NCBI RefSeq assembly: GCF_004010195.1
Contig: NC_057720.1
Location: 16,624,095 to 16,688,094, forward strand
Source of the DNA: Chiloscyllium plagiosum
Lineage: Eukaryota
Length of the DNA: 64,000 nt
Reading direction: 5' to 3'
Shown one piece after another: positions 1 through 12,068 of this stretch. Made by a program: the position numbers and the translations under genes. Every line of letters starts with the position of its first letter. Within the stretch, counting starts at the first letter, position 1. The notes under the pieces were generated by a model. The model had not been told where the DNA came from. It saw nothing but the letters and a program-made list of their open reading frames with translations, and ran no database searches.

Positions 1-720
1 TTAAGAAACCCTAGCAGATTTGGAGTCAATGGGAATTGGGAGAAAACTTTCCTCAGTTGGAGCCACACCTGACAAAGCTGGTTGTGGTTGGTGGAGGTCA
101 GTCATCTCAGCTCCAGGGCAGTTCTGCAGGAGTTCCTCAGGGTTGTGTCCTAGGTCTAACCATCTTCAGCTGATTCATCAATATCATAAGTTCAGAAGTA
201 GGGATGTTCACTGATGATTACACAATATTCTGCACAATTTGCAAATCTTCAGATACTGAAGAATCCGTGTCCAAAGGCAACAGGATTGGGACAAAATTCA
301 GGTTTGGGCTGACAAGTAAAAACTAAGCTTTATGCCACCACAAGTGCCAGGCAATGAATATCCCGAAAAAGAGAGAATCAAACCATCGCTCTTGACATTC
401 AGTGACTTCACATTCATTGAATTCCTGACTATCAGTTTCTAGGGATTATGATTGACTCGGAACTAAATGGTAGAAATCACTACAAATACTGTGGCTCCAA
501 GTACAGGTCAGAGCTCAGAATCCTGCAGCAAGTAACTCACCCTGTGACTCCACAAAGTCTGATCTTACAAAACAGAAGTTGGGAGTGTGATGGAATACTC
601 CCCATTTGACTGGATGAATGCAGCACCAACAACATTCAAGAAACTTGATGCCATCCAGCAACAAAGCAACTTATTTGATTGGCATCACATCCATAAACAC
701 TCAGCCTCTCCACCCCAATG
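1..720 (+). mobile_element. Decayed CR1/L2-group LINE RT fragment
   Basis: Broken frames read GVPQGCVLGLTIFS..SEVGMFTDD (RT motifs), followed by typical C-terminal ORF2 sequence. Confidence 0.75.
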
Positions 721-974
721 TTCAGCTTGCAGAAAGCTTTGTTTAAATCCATATTGGATTTCCTGTCCCTCATCTAGTTAGTATTGTGGGACAATGGAAA
801 CTCCTGATCTTGAATTTTGTACAATGTGTGAACTGCCTCCCAAGGGATCCGTTGTCTCCTTGATTTTCAAACTGGTTAATGCCAATGTATCCCTAGCCAG
901 TTTGAGTGGACAGAAGTTGGTCAATGTCTCTATTTAGTGGAGTTGGTTTCTTTTTAGTAATTGAAGTTAAAATA

Positions 975-1200
975 CGGAATCAGTTGGCTGGACTGCTGAC
1001 TTGCAATGCTGGACGATGATGATGATGCTACAGCATAGGTTCAATTCCTGCACCAGCTGATGTTACAGTGAAAGACTCTCCTCCTCAACCTTTCCTCTCA
1101 CCCAAGGTGTGTTGACTGTCTTGTTAAACCATGACTAGTCATCTTTCTCTAATGAGAGTGCAGCTCTATTGTTTAATAGGACTACAGTGATTTTACCTTC
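975..1200 (+). mobile_element. Old tRNA-derived SINE
   Basis: B-box-like GGTTCAATTCC near 1038 followed by a SINE-length body; family not determined. Confidence 0.45.
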
Positions 1201-1329
1201 AATAACTGAAAGCTTTTGACCCTGATACCAACAGTCTGTGTATTGAACAGGGTCATATTTTCCAAAACTGGAATAATCCTTTGCAAAAAACATTTGGATT
1301 AAAAATGATAACTCTTCATAAGGTATAAT

Positions 1330-1680
1330 GGCAACAGTGGTTACGTGACCAGACCAGTAATCCAGAGACTTGGACTGATGACCTTGAGATATGCATGCAA
1401 ATCTCACCATGGCAGCTAGATTTTAAATTCAGTTAAATAATTACATTTGAAATAAAAAGCTAGCAACATTAATGATGTCCATGTTTCACAAATGTCGTTT
1501 GGGGAAGAAAATCTTCTGTCTTTATCTGGTCTCACCCATATGTGTCTCCAGTCCCATATTAATATGGTTAACTCTCAACCATTGTCTAAAATTGCCTTTC
1601 AAATTAAGTCATATCTCTCAAATAAATAGGGATTGGCAATGAAAACTTAAACAATTATTGTCAGCGATGCTGACATCTGT
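1330..1680 (+). mobile_element. Decayed Deu-type (SacSINE1-like) SINE
   Basis: Aligns by eye to the copies at 31680-32000 (-) and 63230-63530 (+): TAATCCAGAGAC..CACCATGGCAG..TGGTTAACTCT. Confidence 0.6.
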
Positions 1681-3035
1681 GAATTATTTAATAAAATTAT
1701 GTAATAAAATAAAGCCTCTGTCCATGTATAAGTCCTTACCTAGGTCTCAGCTAGAATGCTATACCCAGCTTTGGTTTCATTATGTCATGGCAGTTAATGA
1801 GGCTTTCCAGTGGGTAATCTGTGTCTTGTGTAAGGCCCTGTTGTATTTAACAAGGCCTTTTACTATCTTAATAAATTGTAGCAAGCAAAATAAAGTACAT
1901 AAAGACAAAAAACACTTTAAAATATAAATCAATCTCCAAAATGTGGCCTGAATCTTGACCAGACAGCTCTCTTCAGGCAGAGATAAATTAAAAACTGTCA
2001 AAATAGTATCAATTCGTCAGGAACCAGAAAGTTTGGTGGTGGAAAAAAACTCAGATGCAGCCAAACCTGCCGAATTTCCCCACATTCTTTGTGTTTGTTT
2101 CAGATTTCAGCAGTCACAATATTTCGCCTTTATTAATGGAAAAAGCAGTTTGGGTTTCAGAATGAAAAGTCACTGGTTGTAAGAGCTAGTGACTGACATC
2201 GCTTTGGAATGGAGAATACAATGAGTGAAGAGAGGCAGCTGGAGAAAAAACAAAAATGGGAGATGCTGGAAATGTGAAATAACAGAAAAACCCGGAGAAA
2301 TTTGAGTCAGATTGCATTTGTGGAGAGACAAACAGTTAACATCTCAGATTAATGTTGCGCGTCAAAAGAACTAACAATGTAATAGGTTTTTAACAAAACA
2401 AAAATAGGATGAGAAACCACTAGCAGAGAGAATAACAAAGAAAAGGTTTGTGATAGGATAGAAGGTAAAAGAAATTAAATAAAATGGAGTGGTATTCAAA
2501 CAAGTAAAGAAACAAAAGATGGGACCAGAAGATCTGTAAATGGCCACAGCAGAGATGTAACCAGCACCTAACCTTTGGTAAGTGGTTATGATCTGAAGTT
2601 ATTGAAATCATTGCTACATAAGGAACATTGTAAAATGAATACACAAAACATGATATAATGTTCTCTCAAGATTCCATTGAAGACAGAGAGGGAGGAGAAT
2701 GGAGGATGAACATGCACAGAAGACTGCATTGTGAACAGCAAATACAGTATACCAAACTGAAAAAGTACAGGTAAATTTCAATTTCACCTGAAATACGTGT
2801 TTGGGGTCTTGGATCTTTGGAAGAGAGCAAGTGAAAAGAAGTATGTAACCCTGTGAGCCTCTTCTGTTATTGAATGAGAATATGGCTGCTTTGTGAATTA
2901 ATTCCTATCACCCACCTTTGTTATATTTTCCTTAGAATCTTGTGCTCGGAAAAATCTATCAATCTCGGATTTAAAATTATTAGTGGTGCTGACATATACT
3001 GTTTACTATTTGTGTAATATTTCCTTGCTTTCATT

Positions 3036-3255
3036 AAAGACAATAAAACTGCAGATGCTGGGATCCAAAATAGACCAGCAGGAGACTGGAAGAACACAGC
3101 AAGCCAGGCAGCATCAGGAGGTGAAGAAGTTGACGTTTTGGGTATAACCGTTCTTCAGGACTCACAAAGACAGGTTACACCCAAAATGTCGACTTCTCCA
3201 CCTCCTGATGCTGCCTGCCTTGCTGTGTTCTTCCCGTCTCCTACTTGTCTATTTA
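3036..3255. mobile_element. Penelope-like terminal repeat as a small inverted hairpin
   Basis: About 3068-3147 is the approximate reverse complement of 3173-3254; same ACTGCAGATGCTGG..CAGGCAGCATC end as other Penelope-like copies. Confidence 0.75.
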
Positions 3256-3774
3256 GGGTAACCTTCAGCTACCATATATGTAAGTGTATGCTTTACAATT
3301 TTGCACAGTTTAAGCAACCAGTCAATCTGTCATAATTGAAATACCTACAATAAATATTAGGATAAATATCATTATCACAGCTAGTATTGTTGACACAATC
3401 AACAAAACTCAATACTGGCAAGTTGTGCTCTTTGTTTTTTTTACAGTCTGCCTGCTGCCACATTTACCTCAGTTGGCACAACTACCACTTTTCAATCTTA
3501 GAACCACCAGCATAATGTTTTTCAGCCTGTAAAGCTGCCACTATTACATATTTTCTACATTTGTGTAAAAGTTTTACCTGTCACAAAAAATGTTGGAACT
3601 TTCAGGAAGTGTTACATATCTTTAAAATCTGTTGAGATGATAGATTGTGTGCTTACACTGAGTTTGACAGAAAAACTTCAGTGCTTTGAAACTTCTTCTT
3701 CAACAGGCCCTCAGAGTCATGGATGACATGTAACCTCTCCAGGGAGGTGGATTCTGCAGTGACTGAATAGTCAG

Positions 3775-5465
3775 TGAAATAATGTCATTTGTCCCAACAG
3801 CCTTGAGTGCACTATACCCACGGTCATTGCCACAGACATTAGATTGGCTTTCTTGAGAGTGAACCCACAGAAAACAACTGACCCAAATAGAGTCCGTGGC
3901 TGTGCACTCAGATCCTGTGCTGACCAGTTGGTGGGAGTATTCACGGACATCTTTAACCTCTCCTTACTACGATCTTACATCCCCACTTGCTTTAAGAAGA
4001 CCGGCATCATCCAAGTGGCAAAGAAAAATCATGCAGCGTACCTCTGATCTCCATATTTATGAAGTGCTTTGAGAGATTAGTCATGGCTAATATCAACTCC
4101 AGCCTATCAAATTGCCTTGATCCTTTGCAATTTGCTGACCAGCGCAACAGGTCCACAGTAGATGCCATCTGCCTGACCCTATACTCATCTGTGGAACATC
4201 CGAATAGCAAGGATACCTACGTCAGGCTCCTAATTATTGACTACAGTTCCACTTTCACGTGCAAATCTGGTCTCCTTCCTATCGGAAAGATGTTGTGAAA
4301 CTTGAAAGGGTTCAGAAAAGATTTATAAGGATGTTGCCAAGGTTGGAGGATTTGAGCTACAGGGAGAGGCTGAACAGGTAGGGGCTGTTTTCCCTGGAGC
4401 GTTGGAGGCTGAGGGGTGACCTTCTAGAGATTTACAAAACTATGAGGGGCATGGATAGGATAAATAGACAAAGTCTTTTTCCTGGGGTCGAGGAATCTAG
4501 AGCTAGAGGGCATAGGTTTAGGGTGAGAAGGGAAAGATATAAAAGAGACCTAAGGGGCAACGTTTTCACGCAGAGAGCGGTATGTGTATGGAATGAGCTG
4601 CCAGAGGATGTGGTGGAGGCTGGTACAATTGCAACATTTAAAAAGTATCTGGATGGGTATATGAATAGGAAGGGTTTGGAGGAATATGGGCCGGGTGCTG
4701 GCAGTTGGGACTAGATTGGGTTGGGATATCTGGTTGGCATAGACAGGTTGGACCGAAGAGTCTGTTTCCATGCTGTACACCTCTCTGTTTCCATGCTGTA
4801 CACCTCTATGACTATAATTCCAAACAAACTCATCTCTAAACACCGAGTCCTCGGACTCGGCTCCCCCATCTGTAGCTGGATCTTTGACTTCCTGACCCAT
4901 CTTCTGCAATTCATAAGAATAGGTGGCAACACTTCCTCTGCCATAATCCCCAACATTAATACCCCGAAAGGCTGCGTACTCAGTCCCCTACTATATTCCT
5001 TATACACTCATAACTGTGTGGCCAAATTCCATTCACAAGTTGCTGACAATATCGCTGTTTTAGGTCAGATCTCAAACAAGACTAAATACAGGAAAGAGAT
5101 TGAGTGCTCAACAGCATGGTGTAAAGACAACAATTGCTCCAACGACATCAGAAAAACTAAGGTGCTGGTCATGGACTTCAAGAAGTGGAGTGAATGGCAT
5201 GCTCGTGTCTGCATCAATGGTGCAAAGGTGGAGATGGTCAAGAGCATTAAGTTCCTGGGAGTGGTGATCACCAACAATCTGCCCTGGTCCACCCACATTG
5301 ACATGACGGTCATCTCTACTTCCTCAGGAGGCGAAGGAAATTTGACATGTCGACAGGGAGTCTTATCAATTTTTATAGATAGACCATAGAAAGCATCTTG
5401 TCTGAATGTACCACAGCGTGATATGGCAACTGGTCCTTCCAAGACCAGAAGAAACTACAGAGTTG
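3775..5465 (+). mobile_element. Rex1/Babar LINE RT relic, split by a CR1 insertion
   Basis: ALRSCADQLVGVFTDIFNLSL, MKCFERLVMANI, YVRLLIIDYSSTF then IIPNKLISK, PKGCVLSPLLYSLYTHNC, KFLGVVITNNLPWSTH. Confidence 0.85.
4258..4813 (+). mobile_element. CR1 LINE 3' end inserted in Rex1
   Basis: ORF 4442-4714 (RGHRFRVRRERYKRDLRGNVFTQRAVCVWNELPE) is the CR1 ORF2 C-terminus; tail ends CTCTATGACT; Rex1 frame resumes right after. Confidence 0.9.
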
Positions 5466-5489
5466 TGCTTGGCATGTGGGTCATCCATT

Positions 5490-6335
5490 GCAGCTGGCCA
5501 TGCATGACCAGTGCCTTGATATTGTGAATATTGGCCTGGAAAAGGATGTTCATGTTGTTGCATCTATCCTGCCAATGGATTTTGCGAAGGCAGCAGTGCT
5601 AATAACTCTTCAGGGATTTGAGGTGACCGCTGTACATGGTCTGTGTTTCTGATGGTTACAGGAGAGTGGGATTGTAGCTCCTCTGTTGACCACGAGCTTT
5701 ATGCTGGGTTTGAAGTCTCAGACTTCCTCAGATATGCAAAGCTGCATTGGTGTGTTGGGTTCAATGTTAGATGTCATTGTCTCTTCGCAAGAGAGGAGGC
5801 GCTTGAGATATGGGAAATGATCCATGCTGTTCAGGAGCTCACCATAATTTTCATGGTTTTTGAGGAGTGTTGTGTGGCAGGGGTAGACTGGTAAACATCC
5901 TTTGTTTTCAAGATATTCTATTTGAGGCCCATTCTCTCATGCTTCTCAGTGATTGAGTCAGTGATGGTTTGTAGTTCGGCCTATGAATATGCACACATAT
6001 TCATAGTCTGTATGCTGCAGCTTGATGACAGAAATTGGGGTGGCCTAGTTCTGGCCTGGAGTTGTTGAAGGTTGAACAGTGTACCACTCATCCTGTAGAT
6101 TAGCTCCATTCCGGCATGGAGCTTCATGGAGATAGGTTGGCGTGTTGTGTGAGGATGATGGAGAAGAACATCGGTGCAATGACACAGCCCTGATTGACCT
6201 CAGTTTGCATTCCTACTTGGTTTTTGACAGATCCGTTGGTGAGGATCACAGCTTGCATGTCATTGTGAAGATGGTAGAGAATAGTGATGAATTTGTGCAG
6301 GCAGCCAAATTTGAGGATGACTTCATAATGCTTTG
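5490..6335 (-). mobile_element. RTE-clade LINE RT fragment
   Basis: KFGCLHKFITILYHLHNDMQAVILTNG..VNQGCVIAPMFFSII. Confidence 0.8.
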
Positions 6336-6704
6336 AAGCATAAAATAGTGATATCATCACGAAGTGAAAATTTAATTTCTTTGAAGCAGACTTCTTGTAT
6401 TTGTGGTAGTAATATTTGGAATTTGCACAGTTAAAAGAAATTATAAATAATTTATATCTTCAGAGTAAAAACGCACCAAGTATGTCTATTTGTTTCACAA
6501 AAAACAGGACAAATCCAATTCAGCCAGTTGTTGTCTTATAAGTCTCATCTCGAGGTTTGGAAAAATGATTGAAGTGGTCAGTGTGAGTGCTTACTAATGC
6601 TAAGTTTGAGTTCAGTTAAGACCATTTCAGCCTTGATCCATCCATTAAGATGTGAACACCAGAGTTGAGGTGAGAGGAATACCTTTGATAGCATAATAGC
6701 ATTT

Positions 6705-7195
6705 AACCAAGGTGGCATTAAGGACTCCCATCAAAACTGAAGTTAGTGGATTTCAGGGTAGAAACTCCATTTATTGGAGCCATATCTTGATGAAGGCATG
6801 TGGGTAGGTTGTTTCGACTAAACCATGGGCATCTTTGCAGAATAGTGTCCTAGTCACAACCAAATTCTGCTGCTTCACCAATCAACTTCCCCCCATCATA
6901 AGGTCAGAACTGGGGATGTTCACAGATGATTGTGCAATGCTTAGTCCCATTCATGACTCCTTGGATACTGATGCAGGCTATGTCACTCCGCAACAAGACT
7001 TGGACAATACTCAGGCATCAACTGATAAATTGCAATAACATTTGTGCCACTCATGTCCCAAACAGCACTGTTTGTACCTGCAACACCTGCACTGCTGCAG
7101 TTCAAGAAGCTGGCTCACTCTTCTCAAGGGCAGTTAGGGATTGTATAGCAAAGGCTGGCCTAGCCAGCAGCATCCACACCCTGTGAAAGAATAAA
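6705..7195 (+). mobile_element. CR1/L2-group LINE fragment (same family as 1-720)
   Basis: FTNQLPPIIRSELGMFTDDC..QQDLDNTQ plus 3' tail CTTCTCAAGGGCAGTTAGGGAT. Confidence 0.7.
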
Positions 7196-7421
7196 AACAT
7201 ATAACTGCTAAAAGCGTGTTCGTTGTCATATGGTAATTATTATATCAATATTGGCACTGAGCCATTCTATTTTGTTTTATTACTCGTTGTAATCATTGTG
7301 AAGGCAACATGGAATAGATTGTAATTGCTGTCATAATAGAAAGTGATTAACAAGTAGTACAAGCTATTCATAAATAGGGAACAGGGCAAGTTGGTCCAAG
7401 TATGTCAAGAATCACATGTAG

Positions 7422-9903
7422 AAGAGTGTGGCACTGGAAAAGCACGGCCGGTCAGGCAGCATCCGAGGAGCAGGAGAATCGACATTTCAGGCATAAGCCC
7501 TTCATCAGGAATGAGGCTCGTGGGCCAAGGGGGCTGAGAGATAAATGGGAGGGGAGCTGGAGCTAGAGGGAAGGTCGGTGGGAATGCGATAGATAGGTGA
7601 AGGTGAGGGTGAAAGTGATAGGTTGGAGAGGAAGATGGAGGAGATGGGTGGGAAGGAAGATGGACAGGTTGGACCATTCAAGAGGGCGGTGGCAAGTTGG
7701 AAGGATGGGACTAGGATAATGTGGGGGAGGGGAAATAGGGAAACTGGTGAAATCCATATTGATCCCTTGTGTTTGGAGAGTCCCAAGTTTGAAGATGAGG
7801 CATTCTTCCTCCAGGTGTCAAGTGGTTAGGGTTTGGCAATGGAGGAGGCCCAGGAGCTGCCTGTCTTTGGCAGAGTGGGAGGGGAGATGAAGTGTTCAGC
7901 CACAGGGTGGTGAGGTTGGTCAGTGCAAGTGTCCCAGAGATGTTCCCTGAAACGATCTGCAAGTTGGCGTCCTATCTCCCAGTGTAGAGGAGACCACATC
8001 AGGTGCAACAGATGCAGTAGATGTGGAAGTACAGGTAATTTCTGTCGGATCTGGAAGGATCCTTTGGGGTCTTGGACGGAGGTGTGGGCACATGTTTTTC
8101 ATTTTTTGCGATGGCAGGGAACATGCCGGGAGGGTCGTGTGGGTTGTTGGGTGGCGTGGAGCTGACAACAGAGTCACGGAGAGAATGGTCTCTCTGAAAC
8201 GCTGATAGGGGTGGGGAGGGAAATGTATCTCTGGTGTAATATTCCCGATGGCCTCCTTCTTCAAAGACCAGAATTTCCCCTCCCACAAGGTTGATAATGC
8301 CCTCCAGCACATCTCCACTTCCCGCACTCCGCCCTTGAATCCCACTCCTCCAATCGCAACAAGGACAGAACCTCCCTGGTCTTCACCTTCAACCCCACCA
8401 ACGTCTGGATACACTATATCATCCTTTCCCATTTCCGCCACCTACGCACAGATCCCACCACCAAAGGCTCCGAAAGATCTTTCCACATCCAACAGAAATT
8501 TACCTGTACTTCCACACACGTCATCTACTGCATCAGTTGTATCCGATGAGGTCTTCTCTACGTTGGGAAGACCGGACACCAACTTGTGGATCATTTCAGA
8601 GAATATCTCTGGGACACCCGCACTGACCAACCCCACCGCCCTGTGGCTGAACACTTTAACTTCCCCCTCTCACTCTGCCAAGTACCTGCAGGTCCTGGGC
8701 CTCCTCCATTGCCAAACCCTAACCACCCGATGCCTGGTGGAAGAACGCCTCACCTTCCGCCTTGGGATCCTCCAACCGCATGGGATCAGTGTGGATTTCA
8801 CCAGTTTCCCCATTTCCCTTCCCCCCCCCCCCCCCAACATAACCTAGTCCCAACCTTCCAACTTGGCACTGCCCTCTTGAACAATCCAACCTGTCCATCT
8901 TCCTTCCCACGGCTCCACCGTCCACTCCGATGTTAGCGCGGATGAAATGATATCAGTCCGAGCCCAGAGTGCGGTTCAACAATCGGTAATGTTTATTGAT
9001 ACAGTAACACCGGCGGAGACCAACCGAGGTCCGAATCTCAGCTGTTCTGCTGTTCCCGCGCGCTGCTACACATTATATACCTTTCTTTGTCAGGATGTGA
9101 GGATTTTGAGTATGAATGGGATGATAGTTCCCCATCATCGCTGGAGTAGGTGCAAATGGTGGGTTTCCTGCCGTCCCAGGAGAGTTGCAGTGTACACTCA
9201 ATAGGGTGCTAATTGGATTATGTAAACGGGTCCGGGTACTATCTGCTTGTCTCTCTCTGTGAGGGCTGGGGGCTAGCACCCCCCTTTGTTCCCTTGGGGT
9301 GCTGGTGTGTATTAGTCTGTTCGTTCCTGTCCGGTGGATGCCTGTCCTTTGTGTCAGGATGGTTCTGTATTGATGAATATGGGTGTGTTTCAGTCAGTCT
9401 CTTGATTTGATTAGGAGATGGGTTTCCATATTTATTAGCTCCAGAGTTTCGGTCTATGAGTCATGGTTAGTGTCTGGCCTAGTGTGGATTTGATCTGTCC
9501 TCTGCCTCCCATCTCCTGGTCACGTAGGCGGACCGGCAGCTGCTGAGTTCTGTGGGTTTGAGCTGCGGCTGCTGTTTAAAACACAAAATGAATTCCTATA
9601 GTTTTACCAATGTAGGCATAGTCCCGTGGCAAATGCGGGGCGGCTCTGATGCCCGCTTGTACCGACATATCACTTTTTCCCCCACCTTCACCTACCTATC
9701 ACATTCCCAGCTACCTCGTCCCAATCCCAATTCCCCTCCCATTTATTTCTCAGCCCCCTTGGCCCACAAGCCTCATTCCTGATGAAGGGCTTATTTCTGA
9801 AACTTCAACTCTCCTGCTCCTCGGATGCTACCTGACTGGCTGTGCTTTTGCCGCGCCACACTGTTCAACTCTGATCTCCAGCACCTGCAGTCCTCACTTT
9901 CTC
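7422..9903. mobile_element. Penelope-like element, two inverted 3' arms with GIY-YIG endonuclease remnants
   Basis: Minus arm about 7422-8235; plus arm about 8245-8930 and 9666-9903. HVIYCISCIR*GLLYVGKTGHQLVDHFREYL is a GIY-YIG motif. TSD-like CAAGAATCACATGTAG (7406-7421) and CAAGGATCACATGCAG (9904-9919). Confidence 0.9.
8931..9661 (-). mobile_element. Solo LTR (731 bp) inserted in the Penelope arm
   Basis: 4-bp TSD CCGA (8927-8930 and 9662-9665); TGTTAG terminus; minus-strand TATATAA (about 9072) upstream of AATAAA (about 8992); CpG-rich; the Penelope sequence rejoins across it. Confidence 0.8.
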
Positions 9904-10667
9904 CAAGGATCACATGCAGTCAGGACTGGTAGGCATGGAAGATTTACTTCCCTGAAGGATATTATTGAGCCAGATTTGTTGAATTAAATTTCACCACATG
10001 CCATGGGCATAACCTCCAGATTAGTAGCTCTCTTTCACACCCAAAGATTGCCATATTTCTGTTTAATAAAGTAAATGTTAAAGCAAATTAACTTGCATTT
10101 TTACTGCTATATATTTCCACAGGATATTCCTGACAAAGGAATTTTATTAAATGTTCATAATTCTTCATTTTGAAGTTGTTGAAACCAAAAGATTGATACT
10201 ATCTCATTCAGGTCTGAAAGAAGCTGCATCATGTTTCCACTTTACTAATCAAAATTTCCATCCCATCACCACATACAGTTTCACATATAATACATCAACA
10301 TTTGTTCTGAACAAGCAAAGTGTATTAAAGTCACGGATAAAAAGATCACTTGTGCAAAAATGATCACTTGCGAATCATTAAGAAGTATTTGACGTGATAA
10401 ATGACCATGTTATTAGATGAACTGTGGGATGTTCATATTACCAGTAACTAGAGCAACCAAGCAATGTTTAACATTGTGTTCACCATCAATATGCAAACAG
10501 TCATATCGTGAGACAGAAGGCTGCCAGGTATAACTAAATAAGGTATAGAAGGAGGGTGTAGTGATTGTAACAAAGTCAGCCAGGTGGACATCATAGTTAC
10601 CTAATTGTGGCTGGTAATCAGGTCCAATCATGCAGCCCTGGCTGACAAACATGAACAGGAATGTTTG

Positions 10668-10775
10668 GGGGCTCTTGTGGTGCAGAGGTAGACTCCCTAC
10701 CCTTATAACTGTAAAGCATGGGTTCAAGTCCCACCTATTCCAGAGTTAAAAACTCCCACTGAATATGTTGATTAC
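10668..10775 (+). mobile_element. Short tRNA-derived SINE (about 110 bp family)
   Basis: CTCTTGTGGTGCAGAGG (A box) and GGTTCAAGTCCCAC (B box); homologous to 15847-15955, 15997-16100 and 39975-40080. Confidence 0.65.
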
Positions 10776-10823
10776 ATAAAAGGTTAAATTAGAAAAATAA
10801 CTTATAAACAACAAGTGCCATTT

Positions 10824-11216
10824 AAAAAAAAAGTGAACAGGAGTGTATTGGTTTAATCCGTGCCCTCCCCTTCACTGTTTGATCACGCAGCATTGCCCTT
10901 TGATGTGAAGGGCACTGCTTGTCAGTGGCCATTTGGGTATTTCCTTTTTTCCTGGTGGTGGAAATTTAATAAAGAGAAAAAAAAATGAACAGGAGTGTTT
11001 CAATTTAATCCCCCCCTCCCCTTCACTGTTTGATCATGCTGCATTGCCCTCTGATGAGAAGGGCACTGCTTATTACTGGCCACTTGGGTGTTTCATTTCT
11101 TCCTAGTGGTGGAAATTGAATGAAGATTTGTACACCTGTTGTCTTTCACTGTGTCTCACACCTGCACACACACAGCATGGGTGCTGGGGAAAATATAAGC
11201 ACTACTGCAAAAAAAA
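10824..11216 (+). repeat. Two tandem A-tailed copies of an unidentified repeat end
   Basis: 10847-10985 and 10999-11216 align over about 130 bp; each is preceded by an A-run plus TGAACAGGAGTGT. Confidence 0.75.
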
Positions 11217-11341
11217 GGAGTGTCAGAGGTTCTGTTCACTCTGAGAGATGGCTCTGAGGGAGCTGGATCAGTGTCAAGGACTCTTCATGTGTAAATAAAA
11301 GGTGACTTGGTGAAGGGATACTGGCTGTATGGAGCTATTTT
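11216..11341 (+). mobile_element. Partial Gypsy LTR related to 17956-18175
   Basis: Reverse complement aligns to 17958-18078 (CAGTATCC..AGTCACC.TTTAT..CTGA.ACTCC); contains AATAAA. Confidence 0.7.
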
Positions 11342-11807
11342 GGAGATGGAGGTCATAGTTATTAAAACGACCTGGAAAAATTGAGAACGCAGAAGTTTTT
11401 TGGGGAATTTAATGAAGAATTAAAACATAGAACAAGTTTTAAGAGATTTTTAAAAATTTGTTTGCGAAATTAGTTTGCAAATAGGTAACAAAAGGGCATG
11501 AATTCACAAAAGTTAATTTTGCAATGTAAGCACATGTACAACCAATACAGGGAAGGTGCTCTTGTATATACACATCACAATTATTATGAGGCTACATTAA
11601 TGACTCAGGAAACTTCTTGATGCAAGTTCAAGATCATTAGAATCTCTATGTAACGACATAATTCAGCCTAGCAAGCAAGGCACAAGTGAGCAAATAATTG
11701 TAGCAATGTGTTACAAATCAGCTAATCTAGCATTGTCCCCCGGGCAGCTAAAAGAATGTAAATTGTATCACAGTTAAAGGAAATATGTCAATCAGGGCAG
11801 AGTTCTT

Positions 11808-12068
11808 ACATAGAATGCAGAAAGGTACAGCACAGAATAGGCTTAATCCTAATGTAAAATAAAATAACAACCTACACACCCCTCCACTCACTGCTATCCA
11901 TGTGCATGTCCACCAGTCGCTTAAATGCCCCTAATGACTCTGCTTCCACCACCACCGCTGGCAACGCATTCCATGCATTCACAATTCTCTGCATAAAGAA
12001 CCTACCTCTGACGTCCCCTCTATACCTTTCTCCTAATATCTTAAAATTATGACCCCTCGTACCAGTCA
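11808..12068 (-). mobile_element. CR1 LINE 3' end
   Basis: TRGHNFKILGERYRGDVRGRFFMQRIVNAWNALP. Confidence 0.9.

Noticed and set aside
8248..8847. Pro/Ser/Thr-rich ORFs (also 50665-51539 and 7920-8441) as novel proteins
   Set aside because: Frameshifted or antisense readings of C-rich Penelope-like sequence.
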